A DNA stretch of 53,406 nt, filler included, from Catajapyx aquilonaris (GCA_000934665.2; 3 parts of 3 records of this genome joined end to end with filler, not necessarily neighbours in it); one strand, 5' to 3'. Counted from the whole stretch's first letter, positions 13,063 to 25,060 are shown. Notes: generated by a model from the sequence alone, not told the origin. Numbers and translations are program-made.

Positions 13063-13473
13063 AGATCCATGTTAAAGGCATCACTCATTGTTATGCGTAT
13101 GTAACAGCCATGGTCCTGATGTCGCAATGGTTAACATTATTGTTGTTTCTTGCCCAACAAGGTTGATGGCAGTGGTAACCCCTGGTGTTTGGAGCCAAAC
13201 CTCGCGATGGTGCAACCTTCTCCGCCCTAATCTTATTGTGGCAGTACTAGTAAAAAAAAACATTCCTTCGTTGTCTGAGTGTATGAGTAGAGAGGGAATT
13301 CCTACTTCGTATTGAGGAACAGGTCTGATTAGATCCGGAGTAGGATACGAAATATTTGAACACCTGAAACAGTGCATTCAAGATAAATGCTTCAGGTCTT
13401 CCTCTAGCTCTAAAATTGGTACCTAAAATTGGCCCTCCGGCTACTAAAGATAGTAATTCAGATAAATCCTTAC

Positions 13474-14543
13474 CACCTTTCTCTTCGTGTCCAGGGACAG
13501 CAGGATCTTTTGCTCCACGTAAGAAGATGACACTCTTGAGGACACATCTCGTATCACCATTTGCTGGATTAGAACTGCTTCGTCTCCATGGATGCGTGTA
13601 AAACCATGTTCGAAAGAATCCCCATTCCTAAGGGAGAGAAAGGCCCTCCTCCTCCCCTCCTTGTCACCTCCGAATGGGGACAACATCTCGTACAATATCA
13701 GGCCCATGGAATAATAAACATCAGTCTTGGGACCACATTCTCTCCCGCTCATCTGCTCTGGGGAGCAGTAGAGTCTGGTTCCAACACCCGCAGTCATCTC
13801 TGGTTGGGACGGATGAGGGGAAACTTCTGGTTTGGATGGTTGGAGTGGAGGATGACATTGATGGTGGGAGGAGGGAGGAGGATGGGCCAGGAGGGAAGTG
13901 GATAGACCGAAGTCTCCAATCTTCACACTATTTCCACCCAGGGTAAAAAGAATATTGTAAGGTTTCAGATCGCGATGGATCAGTCCCTGACCGTGGATGT
14001 AACAAACTGCGGATGTTATTTGTCGGAAGAGGGTGAGTTTGGCGAACATTCCCAGGTTCAGTCTTCCCCCGTCCATCTGGTGTCCAAGAGTATCCCTCTC
14101 ACAGAGTTCGAGCTGCATGAAGAGGAAGTCCGTGGTGGGTCCTGTCACAGTCACGGGAGCTGAGAGGTAGACGGATGCTGCCTCTGAGGCCTCTTTTGCC
14201 TCTGGACCAGACCTGTTGGAGCATGTGGCAGTCATGACGTCCCACTCCTTGTGGAGCCAACAAGGAGTCCTCTCCGTCCAGGCGTAATAGAACTTCACGA
14301 CATGATCGTGTACCATCCGAGCCAGTGCCTGCACTTCCCTCAGAATGACTTCCTTCAGTTGCATGGCTTGAGGCAGAGGAACCCTCTTCACCGCGTAACG
14401 TGCCTTCGCCAGCTTCAGTTCCACGTCTGACACGATTCCAAAGGACCCTTCACCCAAGATTGACTCTTGCTTGTATTCCGACATGACTGTATCTGAACAC
14501 CACTGTCGTTTCCTTTGCAGAATTTTGCTCGTTGTCCTCGGCC
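13474..14543 (-). CDS. eIF2-alpha kinase family (PERK/PKR-like) Ser/Thr kinase domain in a single exon; possibly pseudogenic
   Basis: GEGSFG, YAVKR, LREV, YYAW plus kinase insert, [37 protein letters not shown]. Acceptor at 14545-14544 and donor GTAAGG at 13473. An apparent 4-bp insertion lies before the ATG at 14484. Confidence 0.85.
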
Positions 14544-14627
14544 CTGAGGGAATGAAATCAATGTCTCATGTTATAACTCCAACTAAAAATAGTCGTATGT
14601 GTATGTCAACGGATTTCATATTCTCAC

Positions 14628-14680
14628 CCGGCCTGTCTGGCATGAGTCCACCTCAAGTGATCCATGATGAATCGATGCAC
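14628..14680 (-). CDS. Small upstream exon of the kinase gene (VHRFIMDHLRWTHARQA)
   Basis: TACAG| acceptor and |GTGAGA donor flank 53 nt; a further donor (GTGAG) lies at 14737. Confidence 0.45.
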
Positions 14681-14775
14681 CTGTACATGATTTTTGTGAG
14701 GAAAAGTGAAGACCACTACGGTGATATCATATCTCACTTCTCCTAGCAACCCCCAAGAGGTGTCCATGCTGATTT

Positions 14776-16270
14776 CTACGGAGTGACGTCAGTGACTGCG
14801 TTTGTTACACTGGCTGATGTTGTAGTGGGCTTGTGATCTGCGTTTTCAGACAGGTTAAACTGGTTGAGGACTATCAGTACGTGGTCACAGCCCCTGGCAC
14901 CTGTAGAGGGAGTGCACATCCCAGAGTTAGTCAGAATTAGTTCAACTGAAACCCATACATACCGAGGTCAATAGGACGCGATTGATCGTGAAGTAACTGG
15001 CAGCAGTAATCTCCATGGGAGGCCCTGACATTCGTCTGATTAATGACTTCATCTGAAATGGAATGTCCACTGGTATAACGTAGGGTTATTCTGCAGGGAA
15101 CCCGTCTTTTTAATATTTGAGGTGTACAGTATTATTATAAATTCGCGTTGTTTTGTGGCACTTACATCTGATTTGATGTTTGGGTTGACAACACGACGAT
15201 ATGCATGGATGATATCGGGCAAGGACTTTGTGCTCTAAAAATTGTAATGAAATTAAGGAACACTAATGTAGTTATGTGGTGAGAGCGGACTGTATTGTAC
15301 AGTACCTGTCTTGGTATGGCTCCCAAAATGATAGCTGCTGCAGCTGCGGATGATGCTACGAAACAAATGCTGAGGAACCAAAACGTCACTGACGAAATCG
15401 GCGAAAATCCCACCAAAAAGAAAAAAAGCAGGATGTGGTCAACCAAACGAAAAATGTCAGAAAAATGTTCAAAAGCAGTACGCCATAGACACTGCTCATG
15501 ATGTCCACCAAAGCACTCAGCTCATGGTAAAGATCCACGCAATCACTTGTTTGCCTCATAATTATTTCGTTATCTTTGTCATCGATTGCATTTGTAATGA
15601 TATAGTTACATATTTTGATAATTTGACGGTTGAAAGATTGCAGACGCGACATGTGGACAAGTACTAAGAGCATTAATTGTGCAACAATCACGACCAATAA
15701 GAAAGTGCAATGAAACAACACTAATATTTCCACAAAGGGGAATGTTTCATAAATAGGGTTCCTTTAAGTGAGGATGATATTGTCACATCAGAATATATTA
15801 TTAATGGAAGGAGGAAGCAAGCGACAACCAGTAACACGGAATATTTTCGAAGCTTCCTCTTGTCACTTGTGACTTCTTGATTTTAGAAGCGGATTATCAG
15901 TTTCCAAATCTGGGTGACTTTTGGTTCAACCAAGATGAATCTTATCCATGCGCCACCAAATATTATGGAATCTATAACGTAGGCAGCTATTCTTTGTGTT
16001 TGATTTATGAAATGATTGCTATCTGTCCAGTGGTGCGGCGTATAATAGATGAATATAGTGATGTAAAAGCCGAGAATAAGAAAATTAATGCATCATTGTT
16101 GGCCACCGTCTGTACCACTTTCCCCTCAAGTCTTCTTCATTCCTGGGCCAAGGAAAAGGAGCGATTCCTCAGACCACTGACAAGATAGCCACTGGTCGCA
16201 ACACTTCCCTGAATGAACTTTGACCTTTCGGTTGTCTCGCTTCTTCCACCGAAATCACTGTATTCGTCAT
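14776..16270 (-). pseudogene. Inverted gustatory receptor pseudogene GR4, GR2/GR3 mosaic
   Basis: ATG at 16270, nonsense TGA at 16171-16169, several frameshifts including a 1-bp loss in TYL. The 5' part is close to GR2 and the 3' part, including introns, is close to GR3. Confidence 0.9.
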
Positions 16271-16330
16271 TTTTTATAATCTCAGTAGTCAGTATGGCAA
16301 ATCCAACGACCGACCACCAGAATAACGTCG

Positions 16331-17469
16331 CACAGTGGTATGAAATGGCGATTTAACACGACAACAGTCGAATTTTACATTGTTGCGGACGTTAGTTCTG
16401 ACAACTTACTTTGATAGACAGATGTCAAGAGATTTCAGAACACTGATGAGTTATTGCAAATTATTTGTAGTATCGACGGAGTATGCCATCTCAAACAGCC
16501 TCTCACAAAAGCCCTCAAAAGTGTCAAAGTTTAGGCCTTAGCGGAAAAACTGATCATGAAGGAACAAAGTACTTAAGCGATTCAATTATGTGGGTCGAGT
16601 GTTGGTTCAACTTTGTTTTCACAGTAAAAAAATGCCATGCATACGCTGAGTGTCCCCTTGACGTCACAATTCAGAAACTTTGTATGAGATGCGCCAAATG
16701 CGTCGAGCTCAACTTAGGCGTGAGCTGCAAGAATGGCACCACGTGGCACCACCCTCCCGCCGTGATAATAACATACCCTGATGTCTACTGAACACACCTG
16801 GACAAACAAAATCCGCGCCCACTTGCGCCTAAGTAGCTGGGCGGCCGGACATGTTCAAACGTGCACCGGTGACCCTCTCGCTAATACGTTCGCGCTGTGC
16901 TCAGGTTCTTACAGGTGCATCTGATCAGTCAGTAGGCACCGCTGCCGGTGGCAGGATTTATTTATATCATTTTGTTATTGTCTAGGGAGTCTATATGTAA
17001 TAGGTTTTTCTGAAACGGAATTGTTATATTTCCTATGAACTGTGTATGAGCATTATTATTGTCAATGTGATTCGTCTTTTCTTTTGTTTGAAATTTTGAC
17101 GCTTACCGATTTTATTTTTGTTATTCCTCTATTGTCTAGTAATGTACTATTATAGGCATCTTTTGTAGTTAATTTTGTATTGAGGGTATATTTATTTATT
17201 TATTTATTTATTTTGGAACGAGATGATTCTGCATTATATGCAACATTATTCATGATACATTTGGGAAATTCTTTCGTTCAAATTGTTTCCCTCTCATATT
17301 CCGGAAGTATACCTAAGAAAGTTGGCACCACAGACCGCTTTAGCACATATTTCAAGTTTTCGTACATCTTACAACTAGCCATCCTATAACAACATTGTTT
17401 TTCAGTGAACTGCGCAGATTTCGTGAGGCAATCACTTTCGTCGTGTTAAATCGCCATTTCAGACAGCTG
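16331..17469. mobile_element. Transib-like non-autonomous element
   Basis: Begins CACAGTG after a CGTCG flank; TGAAATGGCGATTTAACACGAC recurs inverted at 17440-17461. The outermost right end and TSD are not recognisable. Confidence 0.55.
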
Positions 17470-17676
17470 GCAGCCATGTTGGATCCGCCATTTTGAATTT
17501 TTCAATTCTAACAGCGGATTTGAATTCTGCGACTGACAAAACCCCCGCATCCAAATTTCGGGTTGAAAAGGAATAGTTGCAGATCAGCCTGGCCGCCATG
17601 TTGGATCCACCATGTTGAATTTTTCAATTCTAACAACGGATTTGAATTTTACGACTGACAAAACCCCCGCATCCCA
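17470..17676. repeat. Tandem repeat, ~121-bp unit, truncated at the contig end
   Basis: GCCATGTTGGATCC...GACAAAACCCCCGCATCC occurs twice. Confidence 0.8.
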
Positions 17677-17776
17677 NNNNNNNNNNNNNNNNNNNNNNNN
17701 NNNNNNNNNNNNNNNNNNNNTTAATTAATTAANNNNNNNNNNNNNNNNNNNNNNNNNNNNNNNNNNNNNNNNNNNN
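17677..17776. other. Artificial contig linker
   Basis: 44 N + TTAATTAATTAA (stops in six frames) + 44 N. Confidence 0.97.
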
Positions 17777-18432
17777 GCCAGCGGCCCCAGGCCCCCAGCT
17801 CCCACTGTTAGATGCAGCGCCCGGCCGGTAGGGGCGCTGCGTGTCAGAAAATTCGAATATGCACGAGGCCTATATTCCTCAGACATACTTTCTTCGATCC
17901 AATGAAAAACACTGACATCAGTAGATTTTTTTTTTGCCGAGTTACCGGTACTTTTATGCTGCTGAGCGTCCCTGCTGAGCATCCAGATATACCCCACGTC
18001 GTAGCCAATGTACATAACTTTTTAGAGAACACATCACAGCGCATCACAGCAAATTGTATTTTTATAAAGTGTAAATCATGGTGTGAATGTTGTTATCCAG
18101 CAATAAATATTACCCCGAACTAAAATCTTGCTTTCCAATTGGGGCACCCGCAGCTGGGAATGTTTACGTTATAAGCCATTACTTACAGCATCGAGCTGAA
18201 AGGCTACTAAGCTGTGATAACGGAGTCTCAAGTCCCTTATGACTCAACTAATGGTCACAGGAGATCGATTTTTTACACATACAGATGAGAATACAGGCCG
18301 AATTTAGCGGGGAAGAATGGCTTTAGTGCTATTAAGTCAAATAAAAAAAATAAAAAAAATAAAACTGCATGGGGTCCTTAAAGACCCCATGCCGTAGTCA
18401 AGGTATGGCAGATTCACGTTGGTGGTTAAGGG
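17777..18432. mobile_element. Right part of a piggyBac-like non-autonomous element
   Basis: Ends GTTAAGGG|TTAA; the subterminal GGGGTCCTTAAAGACCCC hairpin resembles that in 44863-45144. Confidence 0.5.
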
Positions 18433-18555
18433 TTAATAGAAAACACATTTTGACAAAACCAATTTCACTCGTTAAAGAAATGAGATGGAGAGAAGAGTTA
18501 AAATGGTAATTAACAAGAAAATAATATTAATTAAAAACAATCAAATTGTAAAATT

Positions 18556-18845
18556 TTAGGTTTTCAAAAGTTTTGTCAGAAATTTTCTGCAACACAATCT
18601 ATTATACTATCATTTCTGTATCAAGATTTTGAAGTATTTCCTTCTCAACTTCTGTAAGCATGAATGCTTCGAGGTGTTCTTCAGCCAGAGTGCTTTGAAG
18701 TCTGTTTAACTTTAACACTGAAAAACTTATTATGCAGGCTACTTGGGTGAAAGAAAGTGTTAGCATGTATTTGTAGGCAGCGCCTATCTTACACTATGTC
18801 CTGGTCAGTAGATTGAATTGCTTGAAAAGTCTGTAGCAGCAAAGT
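18556..18845 (-). pseudogene. hAT transposase C-terminal dimerisation-domain relic
   Basis: Minus-strand translation AYKYMLTLSFTQVACIISFSVLKLNRLQSTLAEEHLEAFMLTEVEKEILQNLD matches the hATC pattern (ERSFS.LK...RLRST); a stop lies upstream. Confidence 0.75.
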
Positions 18846-18877
18846 GAACAGTATTGACACAGTGTACTGTACAATTA

Positions 18878-19460
18878 CAGTAAAACTTCCATAAGTCGAA
18901 TCTCCATGGGACCAGGAAAAAACTTCGAGTTATAGAAGATTTGAGTTAGAGAAGTTTGCATTTTTTAAAGCACATAACTCGATAAGGAAGCCTACCTTTA
19001 TATCCAGCGACGAAAGGTGTTCAAAACTTTAAAATTATTGTCACTATCACACTTACAACATTTCTCATTGTTTTGTTGTAAAAAAAATCTCTGTTATGGA
19101 CATTTGGCTACTCTTAAATTCAAGGATTCAATTTTCACAATCGATTCAAACACTTCTTTGGTTATGTCTGGTAGACGGAGATCAGGAAATTGAGCCTTTC
19201 TGTACATGTGGCCTACTCTCGACCCTTCGGCTGGGAAATGAGAAAATTTTGTGTACTCGCCATCATGAACTTCGACTTAGGGAGACTGAAAATGCATTGA
19301 TATCCCAGCGTAAGGCCCTCCCTGCATTTCGAGTGATAGAAATTCGAGTTAGGGAAGTTTGTTTCCTATTCTTTTACATTGCGACCAACCAAGCTCATCA
19401 TTTTCTTCGACTTATAGAGAACTTCGACTTAGGGAAGTTCGACTTATGGAAGTTTTACTG
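18878..19460. mobile_element. pogo/Tigger-type MITE
   Basis: TA|CAGTAAAACTTCCATAAGTCGAA...TTCGACTTATGGAAGTTTTACTG|TA; a second copy lies inverted at 24391-24977. Confidence 0.9.
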
Positions 19461-19525
19461 TATTTCATTTCAATTTTGGCTCTTTCGGACAGAATATTTC
19501 TCATACGTTTTTGCTCCGTCTGCCT

Positions 19526-19835
19526 CGGCCCTCTGCAACACCGACCCTAGCCTTATGGTGCCAGTAGGGAACTTAAAAGTCTCTGCCATCCCGGATTTGG
19601 CGCTGGCGGTGCTCCACAGGCATCTATGCAGTTCGGGCAGATGCCTTCTGAACCAACCCAAACCATTCTTTCCCATACAGTTGAGTCCGGAGTACATTCG
19701 CAGACACACCTACCAGCCACCTGAACCACATCAATGCCTCTGGAGCGCCGTCTGTGCTAAATCCGGGGTGGCAGAGACTCTCTTAAGTTTCCTATACTGT
19801 CACCATGAGGCTATGGTCGGAGTTGTAGGGGTCTG
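19526..19835. mobile_element. Palindromic hAT-type MITE (CAGCCCCCTGCAAC family)
   Basis: Inverted arms; 8-bp TSD GTCTGCCT/GTTTGCCT. Confidence 0.75.
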
Positions 19836-19861
19836 GTTTGCCTCTTCCTCTTCTTCTAATA

Positions 19862-20326
19862 CAGGGTGTCCCTTACTAGTCGCCCTTCCGTCCGGCAGTG
19901 CACTAATTGGCCCAAAACAAGTCGTAAATGTAGGGAGGAGAAATGTAAAGGCAGTAACCGGTAACGAGATAAACGATGATCATGATGAGGTCGCCACTAA
20001 GACAATCGCAGCCACCCACCTGGCTTTTGTGCGGGAGGAGCGGCAATCGGTTCGACTTCCTCACGTGTAGGGGTTGCTTAGGGGGCAGGATAGGAACCCG
20101 ACATTGCTCCCTGAGCACGAGACGACCTTGCTAAAGCCATTGTCACTCCTCCCGCACAAAAACGAGTGGGTGGGTGGCCGCGACTGTCTTAGGGGCGCCT
20201 CATCTTGATCATTGTTTATCTCGTTACCGGTTACTGCCTCGGCATTTCTCCTCCCTACATTTACAACTTGTTTTGGGCCAATTAGTGCACTGCCGGACGG
20301 AAGGGCGACTAGTAAGGGACACCCTG
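19862..20326. mobile_element. Palindromic Tc1/mariner-type MITE
   Basis: TA|CAGGGTGTCCCTTACTAG...CTAGTAAGGGACACCCTG|TA with long inverted arms. Confidence 0.9.
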
Positions 20327-20413
20327 TATGTTGATGTCATGTTCATCCAAAGGTGACAGTTTAAGCATATCCCATTGATCAGAACAGGCTTTTGGCTGAC
20401 TATTAGGCCAAAC

Positions 20414-20706
20414 CAGCCCCTGCAACTACTATGATATGGTAGTGTGATTCGAGAGTCCCCTCCAGCCTGGAATTTTGCGCTGTCGCAGCCCCCCAGAGGG
20501 AGCTTACAATTCAGGCAGACGCTTGAACCAACCAAAACCATCCTTTCTCCACCACCTGGGTCCAGAGGACATTTGTAGATCGCCAGTCAGCTGCCCGAAT
20601 CGTAAGCTCCCTCTGGGGCTGTGCCAGTGCCAAATTCTAGGCTGGAGGGCACTCTCGAATTACACTACTGTCACCATACGGATCGGCTGGGAGTTGCAGG
20701 TGGCTG
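20414..20706. mobile_element. Palindromic hAT-type MITE (CAGCCCCCTGCAAC family)
   Basis: Inverted arms; GCCAAA on both flanks; shares the AACCAACCAAAACCATCC core with 19526-19835. Confidence 0.7.
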
Positions 20707-21436
20707 GCCAAATAGGATAGCAAAAATGTAGCATGCCTGTTTTGTTTCATGAATTAACCGTTTTAGTGAGAAGTTACATTATCATGTGAATTAGAAAAGG
20801 AAGTTACCATGCAAAAGACACAGATTGACCATAAATATTGCAAAATTGTAATTTTTTTTGAATCGTAAATGGCCTCAGGAGGTGATTGGTATGTGGATGT
20901 GGAGAAATTTTATTTTAATATCTAATGCAATGGTAGATGAGGCTACGTTTTTAGAATGACCATGTTCACTGAAACTGATAAAAATATAATAACTCGGTGA
21001 TTGTTCATTTGTGGTTGCTCCTTAAACTATCCCATTTGAAGGGATGGCGCACTGAGCACACAACCAGTAGTGCACGCAATCAGCGATTTCATTGAATGTT
21101 ATACCTATAGTGAACAATGTCAAACTCTAGAAATTGTGCCATATCTACTGTTTCCATAAAAATTGCAAATAAAATTCCTGCCTGTTCCTATTATTTTTCT
21201 GTGCTCAGGTGAAATTGAAAAACAAGATTGGCAAATCATGTGAGTCAAGTAGACTCTTTCTCATTGGGCAATGGGAAATGAGGCTGACAAACCCGATACG
21301 ATACTGTATGATGTGATTCTAATTGGACAACAATCACATTGATTGTTGTCAGTGTCATTTCTCATTACTAAGGAACCCAATTTATACTGTTACCTGCCTG
21401 CAGATTTCATCTTGCCGGATACAGTGTAGCCGGAAT

Positions 21437-21619
21437 ACCGGAAGTGGTCGGCCACAAAATGTTGGCCATGAAACCTATTTTGGTTACACTTAATATGGAT
21501 CAGGAAACTGTTTGTCGCTAACACTTGCGGTTTAGGTCCTGATACCTGTCCACAGACAGACAAATTGACAGACCCATTCTATAAGACCGTTTTTCGACAA
21601 GAAAAAGTCTAAAAACTGA
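21437..21619 (-). repeat. Free copy of the central spacer of the 1948-2569 MITE
   Basis: ACCGGAAGTGG...CCATGAAACCTATTTTGG...ACCTGTCCACAGAC is the reverse complement of ~2170-2350. Confidence 0.7.
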
Positions 21620-22388
21620 GAATTTGCAGTATGGCAACCCCTCTTAGTTCCAAATACTTCTTTTTCAATTCTCATTTAGATGATGAGAAACGTTTTGTAT
21701 CACAAATCTTGATTCATGAAGGTAACAACACACAAGTAGCTCCAGTATACCTTCTGTGCTGACTTCTTTGACAGAGCTTTTGATCTTTTATCTGCACATA
21801 TCAATGTTTGAATATCTTTGTGAAAAATATGTCTATGTACAGTACAAGCAATCAAACATACAAGTGTCCCATTGTCAACTAAAAAGGTTCGTCCAATGAA
21901 ACACATAAAATATCACATACGTGCCTATTGTAGTATTTGATAAGAAAAGAAATTAGTTTTTTGTACATCACATGCAATCAGACTTATCATCTGGATTGTT
22001 AGGTTCATAAAATGTGTCACCTTTTTGCAGATATAGGGACTTTGATTTCATATTTCTAAATCAGTAATGGAACAATATTGAAAGCAGATTGGTCCCAGTG
22101 GTATAGTAATACTGGACCACTTTGGAATCGTGATATTTCATCCAGTTTGTTTTTTGTCAGATCACAAGTTTATCTGCAATCACTATACGTAAATAGAAGC
22201 AAAATGGACAGGGCATGAAGTCCAGGCAAATTACTGATGGACCTAGAACTAATTGCAAAAGAATTGGGTGTCAACTGATTCTATAGTAAAGAGGGGCACT
22301 AAAAATGATGGAGAAAAGTCTACCACTGTCCGGTCGCGCCAAAAGCTGCCATCTTGAAAAAATGGTGGCCAAATCGGGAATGTTAGAC

Positions 22389-22701
22389 CAGCCCCCTGCA
22401 ACTCCCTCTCTTTTCCTGTGCGCTTAGCAAGTCCCCTCTCCCTGGATGTGGAGTCCCGCATACCTGGATGTGGAGCCCTGTACCAAATCGCATTCGGGTG
22501 ACTGGTGCTGTGGATCTGCAAACTGGAACTGAATGGGATTTGACGCTTTAGGGAAGTTCAGTACGGTTCAGAAGTCGTCCGCCCTAATGCGATTTAGTAC
22601 AGGCTCCACATCTTGGTATGCGGGACTACACATCCGGGGATAGGGGACTTGCAAAGCACATGGCCTTCTCCATATGGCTAGATAGGGAGTTGCGGGGGCT
22701 G
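22389..22701. mobile_element. Palindromic hAT-type MITE
   Basis: CAGCCCCCTGCAACTCCCT...AGGGAGTTGCGGGGGCTG with a perfect 8-bp TSD TGTTAGAC; absent from the opposite fold-back arm. Confidence 0.9.
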
Positions 22702-22965
22702 TGTTAGACAAAAACATTGTATATCACTACTAGGGTTTAATGAAAATTGAACTGCATGAAAATGAGAGAGCATAAACTGGACTTAAGACGTGTACACGTT
22801 CCTTTTCTATGTAGAGTGCATACTCTCGAATCTAGACAATTTTTCAGATATTCACAAGTATTGCACTGGACGTCTTATGGTGCTTTACATTACAAACTGA
22901 GTAATCCATGGGGAATTGGGATAAAACGATAGTTCTTTAGGCCTGCATGTAAAGTAGTATAGGTG

Positions 22966-23793
22966 AATAAGACATGCGTATCATATGCTGATACGGTGGC
23001 TTTAAAAAATTCTGCTGGCGAAACTATAGCGTTTTCCCACTATGTATTCTGTGTGGCTTTTTAAGTTTTTTCGCGAGTTTTAGACTACAAAATCGTGCAT
23101 AAATAAACGGGATTAACCAGATTAACTTGAATAAAATCATCTTTTTGCGACCACTGAAAAAAAACTTCAAAAAAGAAAAAAATCCGACCTTGACCGGCAA
23201 ATCTTTGGCATGCATAGTTGCCCCCAAACCTCCTCAAAAGATTCCACCCTAAAATTAGTGCAAAAGATAATTCAATAGTTTTAAAATAAATAAATAATGT
23301 TCGTAAATGGCAATTAGCGGCTGGCGGCCTCTGCGCAACTCAACGCCGGCCTCCGTCTGGATGGAGGGGCGCATGCCCTGCGGGGTTTTTGAACAGCTGT
23401 GGCACAAGGAATGTTTACATTCGTGAGAGGTGTGTTTATCACTAGAGCTCGCCCTGGCAGGCCTGTGACGTAATTCATGCCATGTGCTCATGTACTGCTT
23501 CGTTCAGCGGTGCCAAGACTACATACAATATACTTTTTGTCAAGCAGGCAGAGTGACAAAAAATGGGAGTAGGCGCGAAGCAAACCCCTTGCGCCACCTT
23601 GTTGTGCATTTGAGAATTTCCATTGCGTATGGTATGAGAGGAGGGTCACGTAATTATATGGCCTCGGGATCAAGCCTGGACACTAGACGATCTTATTCAC
23701 TAGTGTATTCAAGTCTCGTCCCCCAAGTGACAAAGCAAGCGAATTTTTTGCAGATCCTTGCAAAAACGCGAAAAACCACTTGTCTTATTAGGG
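22966..23793. mobile_element. piggyBac-like non-autonomous element with clipped left TIR
   Basis: Right end TGTCTTATTAGGG|TTAA; left remnant AATAAGACA. The opposite arm shows a single TTAA empty site. Confidence 0.65.
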
Positions 23794-23829
23794 TTAATCA
23801 CATTACATGTTTACATAGATATCCAACTA

Positions 23830-24385
23830 CAGTAGACTCCGGATATAACAGACTTCAATGGACTGCGGAATTCAGTCTGTAACAACTGAGATCTGTTGTA
23901 GGAAGATACACACGCCATATTGCAGTATGGCCAGTCGCAGCATACTTCCAAAAGGCCCTGTGCATATTTACTCCAGGTATAGCAGACTCATTTTTCACCT
24001 CACCTTAGCTATAACATACTATTTTTTGCCCCACTAGGTGGGAAAATATGTTGTTTTCAATTACTCGGTGTCTACTTCTCACGTGAAGAGACCAGTGCAT
24101 ACTGGAGAGAGAGTGATTTTCCCACCTGTCACTGATCTAACACCGAAAAGGTCAAAATCATACTTTTTCTGATAAAAATACGGCAGGAAAACATTACGGA
24201 TATTTTTGGGTCCTGCGTAATTTACGGATGAGCTAATTTCGTATTTTGTGAATAGTTTCATCAATTAGTACCGGTATGCGGTGGTGTGCATTACAGGCAA
24301 ATGGAAAGCAGAAAACTCTGGTCTATTATGTGCAACAGTGGCGGGTTGGCAATACCAGACCTCGGTTATAACAGACTGATTTCCG
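23830..24385. mobile_element. pogo/Tigger-type MITE (CAGTAGACTCCGGATATAAC family)
   Basis: TA|CAGTAGACTCC start; homologous to the complete copy at 31823-32326. Confidence 0.75.
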
Positions 24386-24390
24386 AAATA

Positions 24391-24977
24391 CAGTAAAACT
24401 TCTATAAGTCGAACTTCCCTAAGTCGAAGTTCTCTATAAGTCGAAGAAAATTGTGAGCTTGGTTGGTCACAATGTAAAATAATAGGAAATAAATTTCCCT
24501 AAGTCGAATTTCTATAACTCGAAGTGCTGGCAGGGCCTTACGATGGGATATCGATGCATTTTCAGTCTCCCTAAGTCGAAGTTTATGTTGGCGAGTACGG
24601 AAAATTTTCTCATTTCCCAGCCGAAGGGTCAAGAGTAGGCCACAATCATGTACAGAAAGGCTCAATTTCCTGATCTCCGTCTACCAGACGTACTGAAAGA
24701 AGTGTTTGACTCGATTGTGACAATTGAATCCTTGAATCTAAGAGTAGGCAAATGTCCATAACAGAGTTTTTTTTTACACCAAAACAACGAGGAACATTGA
24801 AAGTGTGATAGTGACAGTTATTTTAAAGTTTTCAACACCTTTCGTCACTGGATATAAAGGTAGGCTTCCTTGTAGAGTTCTGTGCTTCAAAAAAGCCAAA
24901 CTTCTCTAACTCGAATCATCTATAACTTGAAGTTTTTTTCCGGTCCCATGGAGATTCGACTTATAGAAGTTTTACTG
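24391..24977. mobile_element. pogo/Tigger-type MITE, inverted copy of 18878-19460
   Basis: TA TSD, CAGTAAAACTTC TIRs. Confidence 0.9.
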
Positions 24978-25060
24978 TACCTTACACTGACTAAGCAGAA
25001 GTTATTGGAAATGAAAATAATTATAGGGAGTATGACATGCCAGAAAATGACACACTACAC

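Noticed and set aside
17470..17676. CRISPR-like array
   Set aside because: Simple tandem repeat without unique spacers, in eukaryotic DNA.
17721..17732. TTAATTAATTAA as a biological motif (also 35601-35612)
   Set aside because: Assembly linker between N runs.
19096..20070. 324-aa ORF
   Set aside because: It runs across three unrelated MITEs and has no protein motif; a chance open frame.
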